This document shows, in pieces, positions 13,330-25,853 of a stretch of 64,000 nucleotides of DNA (position 1 is the stretch's first letter; each line of letters starts with the position of its first letter). The notes beneath the pieces were generated by a model, which was not told where the DNA came from, did not search any database, and worked only from the letters and a program-made list of their open reading frames with translations. The translations under genes were made by a program, and so were the position numbers. The stretch comes from Okamejei kenojei (taxonomy: Eukaryota), in NCBI GenBank assembly GCA_035221665.1, contig CM069131.1:84444001-84508000 (forward strand), in the 5' to 3' direction.

Positions 13330-14290
13330 TGGATAAGAAACAAGTTCTTAATCTCTAGTAATTTAGGTCCTGGGTTGTCTAAAAGCAGCGGTGATTCCTT
13401 CCCACCTAAATGTTTCTTCACAACAGACACCTCAAAGCTGTGGAGAAGTACCACCAAAGATGTTTGCATAAATTCCAGCACATCCGCCAGCAGTATAAGC
13501 AACCCAACATCAGCACTCCCTCCCGGATTCCAACCACACCCAGCTGGCTCCAATGGTCAGGCCACATCACCTAATATGTTCCAAAACAGGCACATTATTC
13601 CACACTCTGTCACACTGACAGAGTATTGGGTGGCAATAAGAACACTCCAAGGACAATTCTAAAGCCGCCAAGAAAAAATGCAACTTCAGAGTGTTGGAAA
13701 CTTTAGATTATACTTTAGACTTTAGAGATACAGCGCCCATTGGCCCACAGAGTCCACGCCGACCAGCGATCACCCCATATACTAGCACTATCCTACACAC
13801 TAAGGACAATACAATTTACAATGTACAGAAGCCAATTAATCAACAAACCTCTATATATTTGGAGTGAGGGAGGAAACCCGAGCACCAGATGAAAACCCAC
13901 ATGGTCACAGGGAGAATGTACAAACTCCGTACAGCCGGCACCCGTAGTCAAGATCGAACCTGAGTCTCTGGTGCTGTAAGGCAACAACTCTCCCCCTGTG
14001 CCACTGTGCCGCCCTTCTGCCTTGTGACTGCTCAATGTGGAAAAGGGATATCTGTAAAAGCACTGAGAACCTTGATAGAACCTTCATAGAAGCCCATCCG
14101 GAACAGCAGAACGAGAACATCAACTTCCATATTACCTTCTTGTCTCATCAAGCACCTTCTGTCCCATCTGTAGCAGAATCTGTAGATCCTACATTGGCCT
14201 CATAAACCACCACAAAGCAAGTCATTCATGGCCGCAAAGAACAAGTGAATGAGAAGAAAGAAAGAGAGGCCTAACTGATGGACAAGAACA
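13330..14290 (+). mobile_element. Old RTE-clade LINE 3' fragment, split by a SINE
   Basis: Frame-broken RHLKAVEKYHQRCLHK...LQWSGHI...ILKAAKKKCN. It resumes after the SINE as DCSMWKRDI. Confidence 0.7.
13700..14014 (-). mobile_element. HE1-like tRNA-derived SINE, full length
   Basis: Minus-strand A box (ggcacagtggcacagggg) and B box (caggttcgatct), conserved core, ctctaaagtctaaag tail. Confidence 0.9.
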
Positions 14291-14344
14291 GATGTGACAA
14301 CTCCTGCAAACATTGAGGCTATCCCACGTGTTTTAAAGCAACCA

Positions 14345-14615
14345 TCCTAGCACACCAATGCTACCTCCTCAGACGTTTGAGGAAATTCGGCATGTTCTAT
14401 CAAACTTCTGTAAGTAAACAGTGGAGAGTATTTTGACTGGGCATCATGGCCGCGTTTCTCAATTTGAATGCTTTGGAATGAAGGAGACTGCAGGAAGTGG
14501 TGGACATTGCCCAGTCCATCACAGGTACTGACCTTCCCACTTTCAAAGGGATCTACAGAAAGTGCTGCCTCAAGAACACAGCTACCATCACCAAAGACCC
14601 ACACCACCCTGGCTT
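14345..14615 (+). mobile_element. Rex/Babar-like LINE fragment
   Basis: ttgaggaaattcggcatg...tgctgcctcaagaacacagctaccatcaccaaagacccacacca. Confidence 0.75.
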
Positions 14616-14619
14616 TCTT

Positions 14620-16540
14620 TCTTAGTTTAGTTTAGAGATCAGCACAGAAACTGGCCCCTCGGCCCACCGAGACATAGAAACATAGAAACATAGAAAATAG
14701 GTGCAGGAGGAGGCGATTCAGCCCTTCGAGCCAGCCCACCATTCATTGTGATCATTGCTGATCGTCCCCAATCAATAATCCATGCCTGCCTTCTCCCCAT
14801 ATCCCTTGACTCCACTAGCCCTTAGAGCTCTATCTAATTCTCTCTTAAATCCATCCAGTGATTTGCCCTCGACTGCCCTCTGTGGCAGGGAATTCCACAA
14901 ATTCACAACTCTCTGGGTGAAAAAGTTTTTTCTCACCTCATTCTTAAATGGCCTACCCTTTATTCTACGACTGTGGCCCCTGGTTCTGGACTCGCCCAAC
15001 ATTGGGAACATTTTTCCTGCATCTAGATTGTCCAGTCCTTTTGTAATTTTATATGTTTCTATAAGATATCCCCTCATCCTTCTAAACTCCAGTGAATACA
15101 AACCTAGTCTTTTCAATCTTTTCTCATATGACAGTCCCGCCATCCCAGGGATCAATCTTGTGAACCTACGCTGCAGTGCTTCAATCACAAGGATGTCCTT
15201 CCTCAAATTAGGAAACCAAACTGTATGCAATACTCCAGATGTGGTCTTACCAGAGCCCTATACAACTGCAGAAGAATCTCTCTACTCCTATACTGAAATC
15301 CTCTTGATATGAAGGCCAATATTCCATTGGCTTTCTTCACTGCCTGCTGTACCTGCACACCAACCTTCAGTGACCGGTGTACAAGAACACCTAGGTCTCG
15401 TTGTACCTCCCCCTTACCTAACCTAACCCCACTAAGGTAATAATTTGCCCCCTTGTTTTTGCTACCAAAGTGGATAACCTCACATTTATCTATATTATAC
15501 TGCATCTGCCATGCATCTGCCCACTCACTCAACCTGTCCAGGTCCCCCTGCAACCTCCTAACATGCTCTTCACAGTTTACACTGCCACCCAGGTTTGTGT
15601 CATCTGCAAACTTGCTAGTGTTGCTCCTAATTCCCTCTTCCAAATCATTAATATATATGGTAAACAGTTGCGGCCCCCAACACTGAGCCTTGTGGCACTC
15701 CACTCACCACTGCCTGCCATTCTGAAAAGGATCCGTTCACTCCTACGTTTTGCTTCCTGTCTGTCAACTAATTTTCTATCCACGTCAACACCCTACCCCC
15801 AATACCATGTGCTCTAAATTTAGTCACCCGTGCGGGACCTTATCAAAGGCTTTCTGAAAGTCTAGATACACTACATCCATTGGCTCCCCATCATCCATTT
15901 TACTTGTCACATCCTCAAAATATTCCAGAAGATTAGTTAAGCATGATTTTACTTTCATAAATCCATGTTGACTTGGACTAATCCTTTTACTGCTATCCAA
16001 ATGCCCCGTTATTACCTCTTTAATAATTGATTCTAGCATCCTTCCCACCACTGAAGTCAGGCTAACTGCTCTGTAATTCCCCGTTTTCTCTCTCGCTCCT
16101 TTCTTGTAAAGTGGGATAACATTAGCTATTGTCCAATCCACAGGAACTGATCCTGAATCTATTGAACATTGGAAAATGATCACCAATGCGTCCACTATTT
16201 CTAGAACCACCTCCCTGAGGACCCTGAGATGCAGTCCATCAGGCCCAGGGGATTTATCATCCTTCAGTCCCATTAGCTTACCCAATACACCATCCAGCGA
16301 CCCCCGCACAATAACACTACCCTACACACACTAGGGACAATTTACATTTGCACCAAGCTAATTAACCTACAAACCTGTACGTCTTTGGAGTGGGAGAAGA
16401 AACCAAAGATCTCAGAGAAAACACACGCAGTCACGGGGAGACCATACAAACTTCGTACAGACAGCACCCATAGTCGGGATCGAACCTGGGTCTCTGGCGC
16501 TGTAAGGCAGGAACTCTACCGCTGTGGCACCATGCTGCCC
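14620..16540 (-). mobile_element. HE1-like SINE split by a CR1 insertion (pieces 14620-14671 and 16294-16540)
   Basis: Tail ttagtttagtttagag...ggcccaccgag; the body resumes at ccagcgacccccgcaca and runs to the tRNA-like head. Confidence 0.85.
14672..16291 (-). mobile_element. CR1 (HER1-like) LINE, 5'-truncated, frameshifted RT
   Basis: KSPGPDGLH, NYRAVSLTSVVG, QHGF, YLDFQKAFDKVPH, SKFADDT, LYRALVRPHLEYC; (TATGTTTC)n tail. Confidence 0.95.
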
Positions 16541-16589
16541 TGTTCGTTTTTATATATTTTTGCTGATAGAATGGGAGGGGTTGTTTGTA

Positions 16590-16905
16590 TGTTAATTATT
16601 TAAAACTGGAGGAATCAATGTCCCCACTTTAAAGTTGTTAGCTACCCAAGCAGAATATGAGGTGCCGTTCCTCCAGTTTGTGTGTGGCCTCATTCTGGCA
16701 ATAGTGGAGGCCCATGGCAGATATGGCAGAATAGGAATGGGAAGGAGAGTTAAAATGATAGCAACGAGAGATACAGAAGTTCTTGGCGATCGAGGGCAGT
16801 GGTTCAGCATAATGGTTGCCGAGTCTACGCTTGGGTTCGCCAATTGAAGGAGGACACATCTGGAACAATGAATGCAGTAGATGAGATTAGAGGAGTTGCA
16901 CGTGA
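16590..16905 (-). mobile_element. Penelope GIY-YIG fragment
   Basis: IGEPKRRLGNHYAE...HFNSPSHS...HKLEERHLIFCLGS. Confidence 0.85.
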
Positions 16906-17204
16906 AATTTTATACTACTAAAATTTATTGAAAGGAGTTTATTATTATAATAAAAATATATGATTACCCATTAATTTTACATTTCTTAGTTTGAATATTT
17001 AATATTGTTCTCTGTACTACTAATATACTTTATTTAATATTAGTAACAATAGATTGAGCATGCCACCTACAAAATATAATTCCCTTTAATCATTACAAAC
17101 ATATGACCATTTTAAACATTGACCATATATCCAAGGCTATAAATATTAAAATCTACAACAAAATAGAACAAATAGTTATTTTCAATGTACCAAGGTAAAA
17201 ATAA

Positions 17205-17940
17205 ATGCAGATATTGTCAGATCACTGGGAATAAAATTGGCAAGTTATGCTACAGCTGTACAAAACATTGGTTATGCTACATTTTCTAAACTAAACTAAA
17301 CAAAACATTTAGATCATGATGTGCAGTTCTGATTGTCATGCTATAGGAAGAATGTGAATGCTTTGTATAGGGTGTAGAAGAGGCTCACCAGGGTGTTGCC
17401 TGGATTGGACTATCTATATACTTAAAAGTCTCATCTTGACCACTTCCTGTTTGCACTGCATATTGATTTTAGAAAAAAACACTACGACTTACGGCTGTGA
17501 TTTTTGGCCATCTTATTCAGAGTCCCCCTTCGCTGCGCAGGACAAGAGGATTTTTCCCAGCGATGAAAAATAAAAGATTTATTAGTGTTTAAAAAATGTT
17601 GAGATTCTCTCTCCTGTCAATCACCGCCATGAAGGCCACGCCACTTTCAGGCTTGATTGACTGAGCTGCCAGCCCAAGAATCCATTCTGCCCACAATGTC
17701 CATACTAGCCCTCTGGAAACCAGTCGCTTCAGCGTTGGGAGACCAGCCCTCCCGTGTGATGCTGGGACCCAACGGGTCCCACTTAGGCTAGTATATACTA
17801 AAAGGAAAGGTTGGACAAACTTGGATTGTTTTCTCTGGAGCATCAGAGATTACAGGGCCAACGAGAGAAGTATATTATATTATGAGATGTACAGAAAGGA
17901 TAGATAGTCAGTCTTTTTCTCAGGGTGTAAATGTCAAATA
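17205..17940 (+). mobile_element. Old CR1 3' fragment interrupted by a Helitron
   Basis: ctgtacaaaacattggtt...ccagggtgttgcctggattgga, resuming after the insert as aggttggacaaacttggattgttttctctggag. Confidence 0.75.
17413..17791 (+). mobile_element. Non-autonomous Helitron (379 bp)
   Basis: Inserted between A and T with no TSD. 5' TC and 3' CTAG. GC hairpin TGGGACCC-aac-GGGTCCCA ends 6 nt before CTAG. Confidence 0.85.
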
Positions 17941-17949
17941 AATGGTCAT

Positions 17950-19200
17950 CTGCTTATCTTTAAACAGTGTCCTCTAGTTCTGGGTTCTCCAACAAGAGAA
18001 TACATCTTTCTACGGACCTCTCATTATCTGATCTCTCTCGATCAAGTCATTGTTCTAAAATCCAGCAGATATAAGTCTAGCCTGTCTAAGAAGGGTATTT
18101 CTTCCCAAGAAGAAATACCCTTCTAGCTAAGCATCTAGTAGATCTTCTCTGAACTGGTTTTAATGAGCTAACATTCTTCCTTATTTAAAACATTGTCTTA
18201 ATAAAGACATGAATTAAACACTGTTCACAATACTCCAGATGTACTCACAAATGCCATAGCTTCATGGAGTCACAGAGCTAAATAACAAGGAAACAGGCAC
18301 TTTGGCACAACTAGTCCATGCTGACAAAATTGCCTCATCAAACCTGACCCAATGCCCTCTATAACCGAATATAGATATATAGCCTCATTATGTATCCTTC
18401 ATTATTTACTTCCAGCAAATTCAGCCACTATACCATCAGAGCTTTCACTCAAGTCATTACATATGACAGGAAGTTTTCAGCTTGAAACTTTAACTCTTTT
18501 TCTTACTGATGGAATATAATTTCCCTTTCATAAAACCATGTTGACTCCACCTGATTATTCTGAATTTTGCTAAGTGACCTACTTCAATATATTTTAAAAG
18601 TACTTTATAACAATTTACCAATGACAGATGTTAAGCTAATTGACCTGAAGTTTCCTGCCTTTTTTCTCCCTTTTGGAATAAAAGAGTTTTGCTATTTTCC
18701 ACCTGAATGTAATCTTTAGGGATATTTGGAAACTTAAAACCAATGCATCATCTTTGTCACTTGCTACCTCTTTAAGATTTGAGAATGAAGTCCAGCATGA
18801 CCCAGGGACAGGTTAGATCACAAATTCAACTATTTACTCTCCACTCCCACACGATTCCTGATTTGCAACTATTTCTTGGATGTTCTTCATTTCCTCTTTG
18901 GTGAAGACTGATGCAAAACACCTGTTTTATTCAATTGCTACCATCTTTAATTCCATCATTAATTCTCAAGACACATTTTCTGTAAGACTCACACACAACT
19001 TTGCTTTTAAAATTTTTACAGAAATTGTTTTTGCATTCCGAGGTTGCTTTATAATGTCCCCCCCCCCCAATTAATCCAATGCTATTCTTTGTTTTTTGTT
19101 TTTTTTAATTATTCTGCTCAATCTTCCAGCGTATCACCCATTATTGTACATCCATATGCTTTCTCTTCAAGTTTGATACCGCCTCTAATTTTTTTGGTTA
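17950..19200 (-). mobile_element. Very old, fragmented CR1 LINE
   Basis: cctctagttctgg, caatactccagatgt, ataaaaccatgttgact (QHGF), agatgttaagctaattgacc (SLTS), gtgaagactgatgcaaa. Confidence 0.6.
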
Positions 19201-19209
19201 ATCGTTGAT

Positions 19210-19795
19210 AGTTATGAGCCAAGAGTGTTTAATGGTCATGTATATCAGCATGGAGCAATGACATTCATACCTGCAGCAGCTTTACATATCACTAATACAA
19301 TAAAATGCACATCATTATACAATAATCAGTGATACAATAAATTGATAATACTTAATATGAGGTAACCATAATAGTGCAAAACCAAAGACAATGCTGTATC
19401 CAAAGCAAAGTCCATGGAAAACCATATTTGCTGAGGCAGTGGTTTGCATTGTGCAGTGTTCAAGAGTCACGAGTCAAGAGTGTTTTATTGTCATATGTCC
19501 CAGATAGAACAATGAAATTCTTACTTGCTGCAGCACAACAGAATATATAAACATAAACTTCATTAGATCCTGATGCCTGTTAGGAAGAAGCTGCTCTTGA
19601 ACCTTGAGGTCACGGTTCTCACGGTTCTCAGACTCCTGTACCTTCTTCCTGATGGTAGTAGTGTGATGAGAGTGTGGCCAGGGTACTATGAGGGTACTAC
19701 AGTGTACTATGTTTGCACATCTGTTGTGCTGCTGCAATAAAGAACTTAATTGTTCTATTTTGGGAAATATGACAATAAAACACTCATGACTTGAA
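19210..19795. mobile_element. Cluster of Rex/Babar-like 3' ends in both orientations
   Basis: caagagtgttttattgtcatatgtccc...gctgcagcacaacaga and the inverted copy ...gacaataaaacactcatgacttga. Confidence 0.65.
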
Positions 19796-19822
19796 AAAGA
19801 CATCTAATATCATCCCAGGTGA

Positions 19823-19907
19823 TGTTACTCGGCTTAGAAATCACTCGGTTTATATTACTCAGCATATTACTCGGCTTGCATATTACTCGGCTTATATTAC
19901 TCGGTTT
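19823..19907 (+). repeat. About 14-bp tandem repeat x6
   Basis: Unit approximately atattactcggctt. Confidence 0.85.
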
Positions 19908-20175
19908 GGAGCTCTTCATCACTGCCACAAACTGAATATTATGGCGGTTGCCTTCTGGAACTGCTTTCACTCAGTCAATAATGAATTATATTTTTAATAA
20001 TAGGTCCTATTCTTTGGTTGGATCAACAGTGTCCTGTGCTAAGAATAATTCCTAATCACTCATTATGAACTTGAGGGCCCTTGCCCACCAAATATTTTTC
20101 AACCTGTATATAGATTTAACCTGCCATGGTTATTGCAAGAACATCTGACAAGCTACTGTTACTTCTCTCTCAGTA

Positions 20176-20700
20176 TCATTTTCATGGAATATGCGATTGC
20201 AAAGAAGGTCATGGAAAAGATCCAAAGGTCCTTGCTGAGATTCATCCCAGCAGCTGCTTTGCTAAGGTCACTCTGATGTAAGGCCTGTTTCCATGGATGC
20301 AGATTGAGATAAACATCAGGTGCTGCTGGAGGATCAGCAACCCAGTGAAACATGCACTTTTGCCTGTCTGAAACCTGTTGGTCTCCCAGTTCAAAGATGT
20401 AGATGATTGACTCATCCACATTGCAGCCATCTTGAGAGCAGCGTGCTTTGGGAGTAAGATTCTGAGCAAGAATGTCTGTAAGGGAAGGCTGCCTCCCGGC
20501 ACACTCTAGGCTGCAAGAATGCACTGAAACTTGGTGCAGCCAATGCAGATGCTTTGTGGGGAAGGACTGCAACCTAGAATCCTCCAGGCACTGGGCATTG
20601 AGGGGCGAGGCCCTGAGTAATACCCCACAATTAATTGAGGGTGCATAGTCCAAAGAGGGCATTTGAGTGACATTGGCAATTACTTGATTACTACAATTTT
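20176..20700 (+). mobile_element. Tx1/L1-clade ORF2 C-terminus with a displaced, inverted internal segment
   Basis: Plus strand: IFMEYAIAKKV...LRFIP, GLFP...NIRCCWRI...NLLV, AHSRLQE/ALKLGAANADALWGRTAT*. Minus strand 20390-20496: NLTPKARCSQDGCNVDESIIYIF. Confidence 0.7.
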
Positions 20701-20753
20701 ATTAACTCAACTGCACTATGTAATGAAAGTCATTTACTGTTTTGTATTTCCTG

Positions 20754-20928
20754 TAGAAACATAGAAACATAGAAAATAGGTGCAGGAGTATGCCATTCGG
20801 CCCTTCGAGCCTGCACCGCCATTCAATATGATCATGGCTGATCATCCAACTCAGTATCCCGTACCTGCCTTCTCTCCATACCCCCCGATCCCCTTAGCCA
20901 CAAGGTCCACAAATAACTTCCTCTTAAA
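20754..20928 (-). mobile_element. CR1 3' tail
   Basis: tagaaacatagaaacatagaaaataggtgcaggag...cccttcgagcctgcaccgccattcaa. Confidence 0.9.
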
Positions 20929-23212
20929 ATCATGTACATGCTTTTATCAATAATGTTTATTTAAAAAATGAAAAAAATAATTTTAGTTTTTATTGCAGCA
21001 ACTTTAAGAGGCCGACTCATATTCAGTTGCTCTGGTGGATAAGCTGCCCACTGATTATACAAAGTTCCCATGTATATCTGTGGGGGAGATCAGTTCATGT
21101 TTCACCGGTGTGTATGAAGTCTTGAACAACAAGTCCCAATTAAAGTTTTCCTCCAGAGCCAGCAGAAGAAACTGATGTAGGATCACATTATTGCACCATT
21201 TTAATGCAAGTTCTCAGGTGCAAATGTATCTCTACTTTCTTAAAATTTCCACTGTATGATGAAGTCCTGCCACAGAGGAATTGATTAAATTGTCAATGAT
21301 CATTCTAAGTTTACTAGATGTGTGTTTCATGTGCACTAATGCTCATGTCAACAAACCTGGCATTTTTTTGTATCCGTATACAATTCAGAGATCCTCACTT
21401 CTTAACACAATTTGCTCTTTCATTATCAATGTACTAGAATGGCAATGTAATCTTTTTTTTTGTTATAATAAAGTAGATATCAGTTATCTTGATGATGCCT
21501 TTCTTTAAAACAGACTTTTCAGTACCCTTCACGAGCTGAGTCTTATGATCAGAGAATGACAGCATTAAAATTTTTTAAGTAATGCAGTTACCACACAAAC
21601 ATTGTAACTAGCAAGGAAAGACACAAAGTACTGGGGTAACTCGGTAGGTTAGGCAGCATCCCTGGAGAACATGGATAGGTAACGTTTCAGGTCGGGACCC
21701 TTGAATTCAGTTTGACTGCTCTCTTTTATGCACTCTGTGGGATGTCTGGGATGTCAGAATAGCACGATGGGCTGCAAGGTTTCTTCCTGTCCCTACCATA
21801 ACCAAAATCTGTTTTGCACAATCACACATGGAAACATTTTGATATTTAGAAGAAATAAAAAGTCTCAGAAAGTACTTGCAGAAATGTATTTATTTATGCA
21901 GAATTGTAGTATTTCATTTACTTCGAGCCAAAAAGCATTACCTTTAACATTGCATTGTTATTCCCAACATCCAAATGTATTTAATCATAAAATCTATCTC
22001 TGTCACTGTCATTGTAAAACAAATGTTTTTACAGCTAATAGGTACTTTCACATGTCAAGTTACAAATCTAGTGGTTTAGAAAGTAAGTTCAGTATGTCAG
22101 GAAAGCTGTAGATCACTAATGACTTGAATTCAGTTTGACTGTTCTCTTTTTTGCACTCTGTGGGATGTCAGAATATTTAATTCATGATGTTAAAAAGATC
22201 CTTAAATGTCAGAATAATTATGTCACAGCAGGCATTTAAAACACTGGAAAATGTCATCTGACAGTGCATTTCATGCTCTTTGTTATTTTAGAAAACTAAT
22301 GAGTGACTGACATATATAGGGGTCATTCTGCAAATTACAGCTGTGACTAAAGATGCATCATTTACATAATCCAAACTTTACAACGTCCATCTTGCTTCAT
22401 CCAGATCAAATGTCTACACACTACATTGTATCCCATGTCTTAAAAAATTCTCATTACAAGGCAACGTCTATTATTTTTTATAATATTAAGCAAAATGCGG
22501 ATCCTCCATTATTGTAATGGCCATTGTTTCACAGAGTCATAGTATTTTTGACCTTTTAATTTCTTTCAAAAGATGAAATATATGTTTTTTTTGAATTTCA
22601 TACTAATTATGCAAAGAAGATTTTGAGGTGATGCAGAATGCTGGTAGTCAAGGAAACAAGGTCAAATAAATCATCCTTTTGGATTTGCAGTACCACACAG
22701 TCCACTCAAGCATTTGCAACGTACAGTAAATAACAGAATCTCTGCTTTACATTTACATTCTGAAACTGAAATTTAAGCGCATGAAAATTTAAGATAAATT
22801 GTAATAGGTGGATTGTTACTATGGTTCTTTCCTCAGTGAATTTGCAGATGAATGGGCATTTCTTGAGGGGCGAATGATTGATACATTCGAAGAAAAGCCC
22901 CAGGAGGAGGGAAGGAGAAATATTGGTATATAATCTATCCAGATCTATTATTCTCATGGTTTGAACATCAGTGATAAGGGTGCTAAATATTGACTGCTTA
23001 GTCTTTTTCTGTTCGGTGTGGACATGTAACTTGCGAACTGAGTTCGGTGTGGCACTGCAAGCACATGGTGACTGCATGGTTGGCATCTTAGCTCTCGCAA
23101 ATGGACACAAGTGAACCCCAATTATATATTTGCAATCCAATGACTTCATGCCTCACCTTTAGCACCAGCAAAACTTTTACACTCCAAATTTACAGTGCAT
23201 TCAGAAAGTATT

Positions 23213-23856
23213 AACATAGAAACATAGAAAATAGGTGCAGGAGTAGGCCATTCGGCCCTTCGAGCCTGCACCACCATTCAATATGATCATATCTGATCAT
23301 CCAACTCAGTATCCTATACCTGCCTTCTCTCCATACCCCCTAATCCCTTTAGCCACAAGGGCCACATCTAACTCCCTCTTAAATATAGCCAATGAACTGG
23401 CCTCAACTACCTTCTGTGGCAGAGAATTCCAGAGACTCGCCACTCTCTGTGTGAAAAATGTTTTCCTCATCTTGGTCCTAAAGGAATTCCCCCTTATCCT
23501 TAGACTGTGACCCCTTGTTTTGGACCTCCCCAACATCGGGAACAATCTTCCTGCATCTAGCCTATCCAACCCCTTAAGAATTTTGTAAGATTCTATAAGA
23601 TCCCCCCTCAGTCTTCTAAATTCTAGCGAGTACAAGCCAAGTCTATCCAGTCTTTCCTCATATGAAAGTCCTGACATCCCAGGAATCAGTCTGGTGAACC
23701 TTCTCTGTACCCCCTCTATGGCAAGAATGTATTTTCTCAGATTTGGAGACCAAAACTGTATGCAATACTCCAGGTGTGGTCTCACCAAAACCCTGTACAA
23801 CAGCAGTAGAACCTCCCTGCTCCTATACTCAAATCCTTTCGCTATGAATGCTAACA
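23213..23856 (-). mobile_element. CR1 3' fragment inserted in the left TIR of the outer Tc1
   Basis: ORF 23306-23863 LYRVLVRPHLEYCIQFWSP...RRLRGDLIE; TATT at both junctions. Confidence 0.95.
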
Positions 23857-24239
23857 TATTCACCCCTTCGCTTTTTCCACATTTTGTTATGTTACAGCCT
23901 TATTCTAAAATGGATTAAATTCATTTTTTTATCAATCTACATGCAATACCTCATAATATAAAAGAGAAAACAGGTGTGTAGAAATGTTTGCAAATTTTTG
24001 CAAAGTCATTAAAAATAAACAACTGAAATATTACATTTACATAAGTATTCAGACCCTTTGCTATGACATTCAAAGTTGAGCTTCGGTGCATCCTGTTTCC
24101 ATTGATTATCCTTGAGATGTTTCTACAACTTGATTGGAGTCCACAAGTGGTAAATTAAATTGATTGTACATGATTTGGAAAGGCACACACCTGTCTATAT
24201 AAGGTCCCGCAGTTGACAGTGCATGTCAGAGCAAAAACC

Positions 24240-25833
24240 AAGACGAAGAAATTGTTCGTAGACCTCTGAGGCAGGATTGTGTCGAGACACAGATCTGGGG
24301 AAGGGTATTAAACAATTTCTGCAGCATTGCAGGTCCCGAAGAGCACAGTGGCCTCAGTCATTCTTAAATGAAAGAACATTGAAAGCACCAGGATTCTTCA
24401 TAGAGCTGGCTGCCCGGACAAACTGAGCAATCGGGGCAGAGGGGCCTTGGTCAGGGTGGTGACCAAGAACCCGATGCTCATTATGACTGAGCTCCAGAGT
24501 TCCCCTGTGGAGATGGGAGAAACTTCCAGAAGGACATCTATATCTGCAGCACCACCAATCAGGCCTTTATGTTAGTGGCCAGACGGAAGCCGCTCCTCAG
24601 TAAAAGGCACATGACAGCCCACTAGGAGTTTGCTAAAAGGCACCTAAACAGGATTCCCTGGTCTGATGAAACCAAGATTGAACTCTTTGGCCTGAATGCC
24701 AAGTGTCACGTCTGGAGGAAACCAGGCACCTCTCATCACAGTTTAAGGGGCCACCGTTTAAGAATAAGTGTTAGGCTATTTATAATGCAGAAGGGGTAAC
24801 AGTTTAAGGATACTGGGCAAATCTTTTAGGACCGAGATGAGAAAAATATTTTTCACACAGAGAGTGGTGAATCTGTGGATATCTCTGCCACAGAAGGTAG
24901 TTGACGCTAGTTCATTGGCTATATTTAAGAGGGAGTTAAATGTGGCCCTTGTGGCTAAAGGGATCAGGGGGTATGGAGAGAATGCAGATACAGGACACTG
25001 AGTTGGATGATCAGCCGTGATCATATTGAATGGCGGTTCAGGCTCGAAGGGCCGAATGGCCTACACCTGCACTTATTTTCTATGTTTCTATGAGGAATAA
25101 CCTTTTCATCCAGAGAGTTGCGAATCTGTGGAATTCTCTGCCTCAGAAGGCAGTGGAAGCGAATTCTCTGGATGCTTTCAAGAGAGAGTTAGATAGAGAT
25201 TTTAAAGATAGCAGAGTCAAGTGATATGGGGAGAAGGCAGGAACGGGGTACTGATTGTGAATGATCAGCCATGATCACAGTGAATGGCGGTGCTGGCTCG
25301 AAGGGCCGAATGGCCTACTCCTGCACCTATTGGCTATTGTCTATTGTCTATCACCTGGCTAATACCATACCTCCGGTGAAGCATGTTGGTGGCAGCATCA
25401 TGCTGTGGGGATGTTTTTCAGTGGCAAGAACTGGGCGGCTAGTCAGGATCGAGGGAAAGATGAACGGAGCAATATACAGAGAGATTCTTGATGAAAATCT
25501 GCTCCAGAGCGTCCAGGACCTCAGTGTGGGGCAGAGGTTCACCTTCCAACAGGACGACGACCCTAAGCACTCTGCCAAGACAACGCAGGAGTGGCTTCAT
25601 GACCAGTCTGTGAATGTCCTTGAGTGGCCCAGCCAGAGCCCGTTCGAATATGTCTGGAGAGACCTGAAAATATCTGTGCATCGATGCTCCCCATCAAACC
25701 TGACAGAACTTGAGAGGATCTGCAGAGAAGAATGGGAGAATTACCCAAATATAGGTGTGCCAAGCTTGTAGAGTCATACCCAAGAAGACCTGAGGCTGTA
25801 ATCGCTGCCAAAGGTGCCTCAACAAAGTACTGA
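24240..25833 (+). pseudogene. Degraded Tc1 transposase of the outer element
   Basis: WSDETKIELFG, VKHVGGSIMLWGCF, FQQDDDPKH, EWPSQSP. Start deleted, stops and frameshifts, and a CR1 insert at 24740-25349. Confidence 0.9.
24740..25349 (+). mobile_element. Two nested CR1 3' ends (TATGTTTC-tailed copy at about 24791-25090 inside a TATTGTC-tailed copy)
   Basis: Two copies of cagagagt(g/t)g(t/c)gaatctgtgg...ctcgaagggccgaatggccta with different tails. ATCAC is repeated at the outer junctions. Confidence 0.88.
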
Positions 25834-25853
25834 GTAAAGGATCTGAATATTTA

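Noticed and set aside
13930-14014. tRNA-like A/B boxes here and in other copies
   Set aside because: These are SINE heads attached to core and tail, not tRNA genes.
14782-15312. Long ORFs antisense to LINE RT (also 32643-33020 and 43305-43937)
   Set aside because: Shadow frames of CR1/Rex coding sequence.
19823-19907. Short repeat arrays (also 7457-7535 and 63640-64000) as possible CRISPR
   Set aside because: No unique spacers, no cas genes, and vertebrate context.
22706-23149. 147-aa minus-strand ORF in unique DNA
   Set aside because: No recognisable motif, composition is not clearly protein-like, and there is no splice or homology support.
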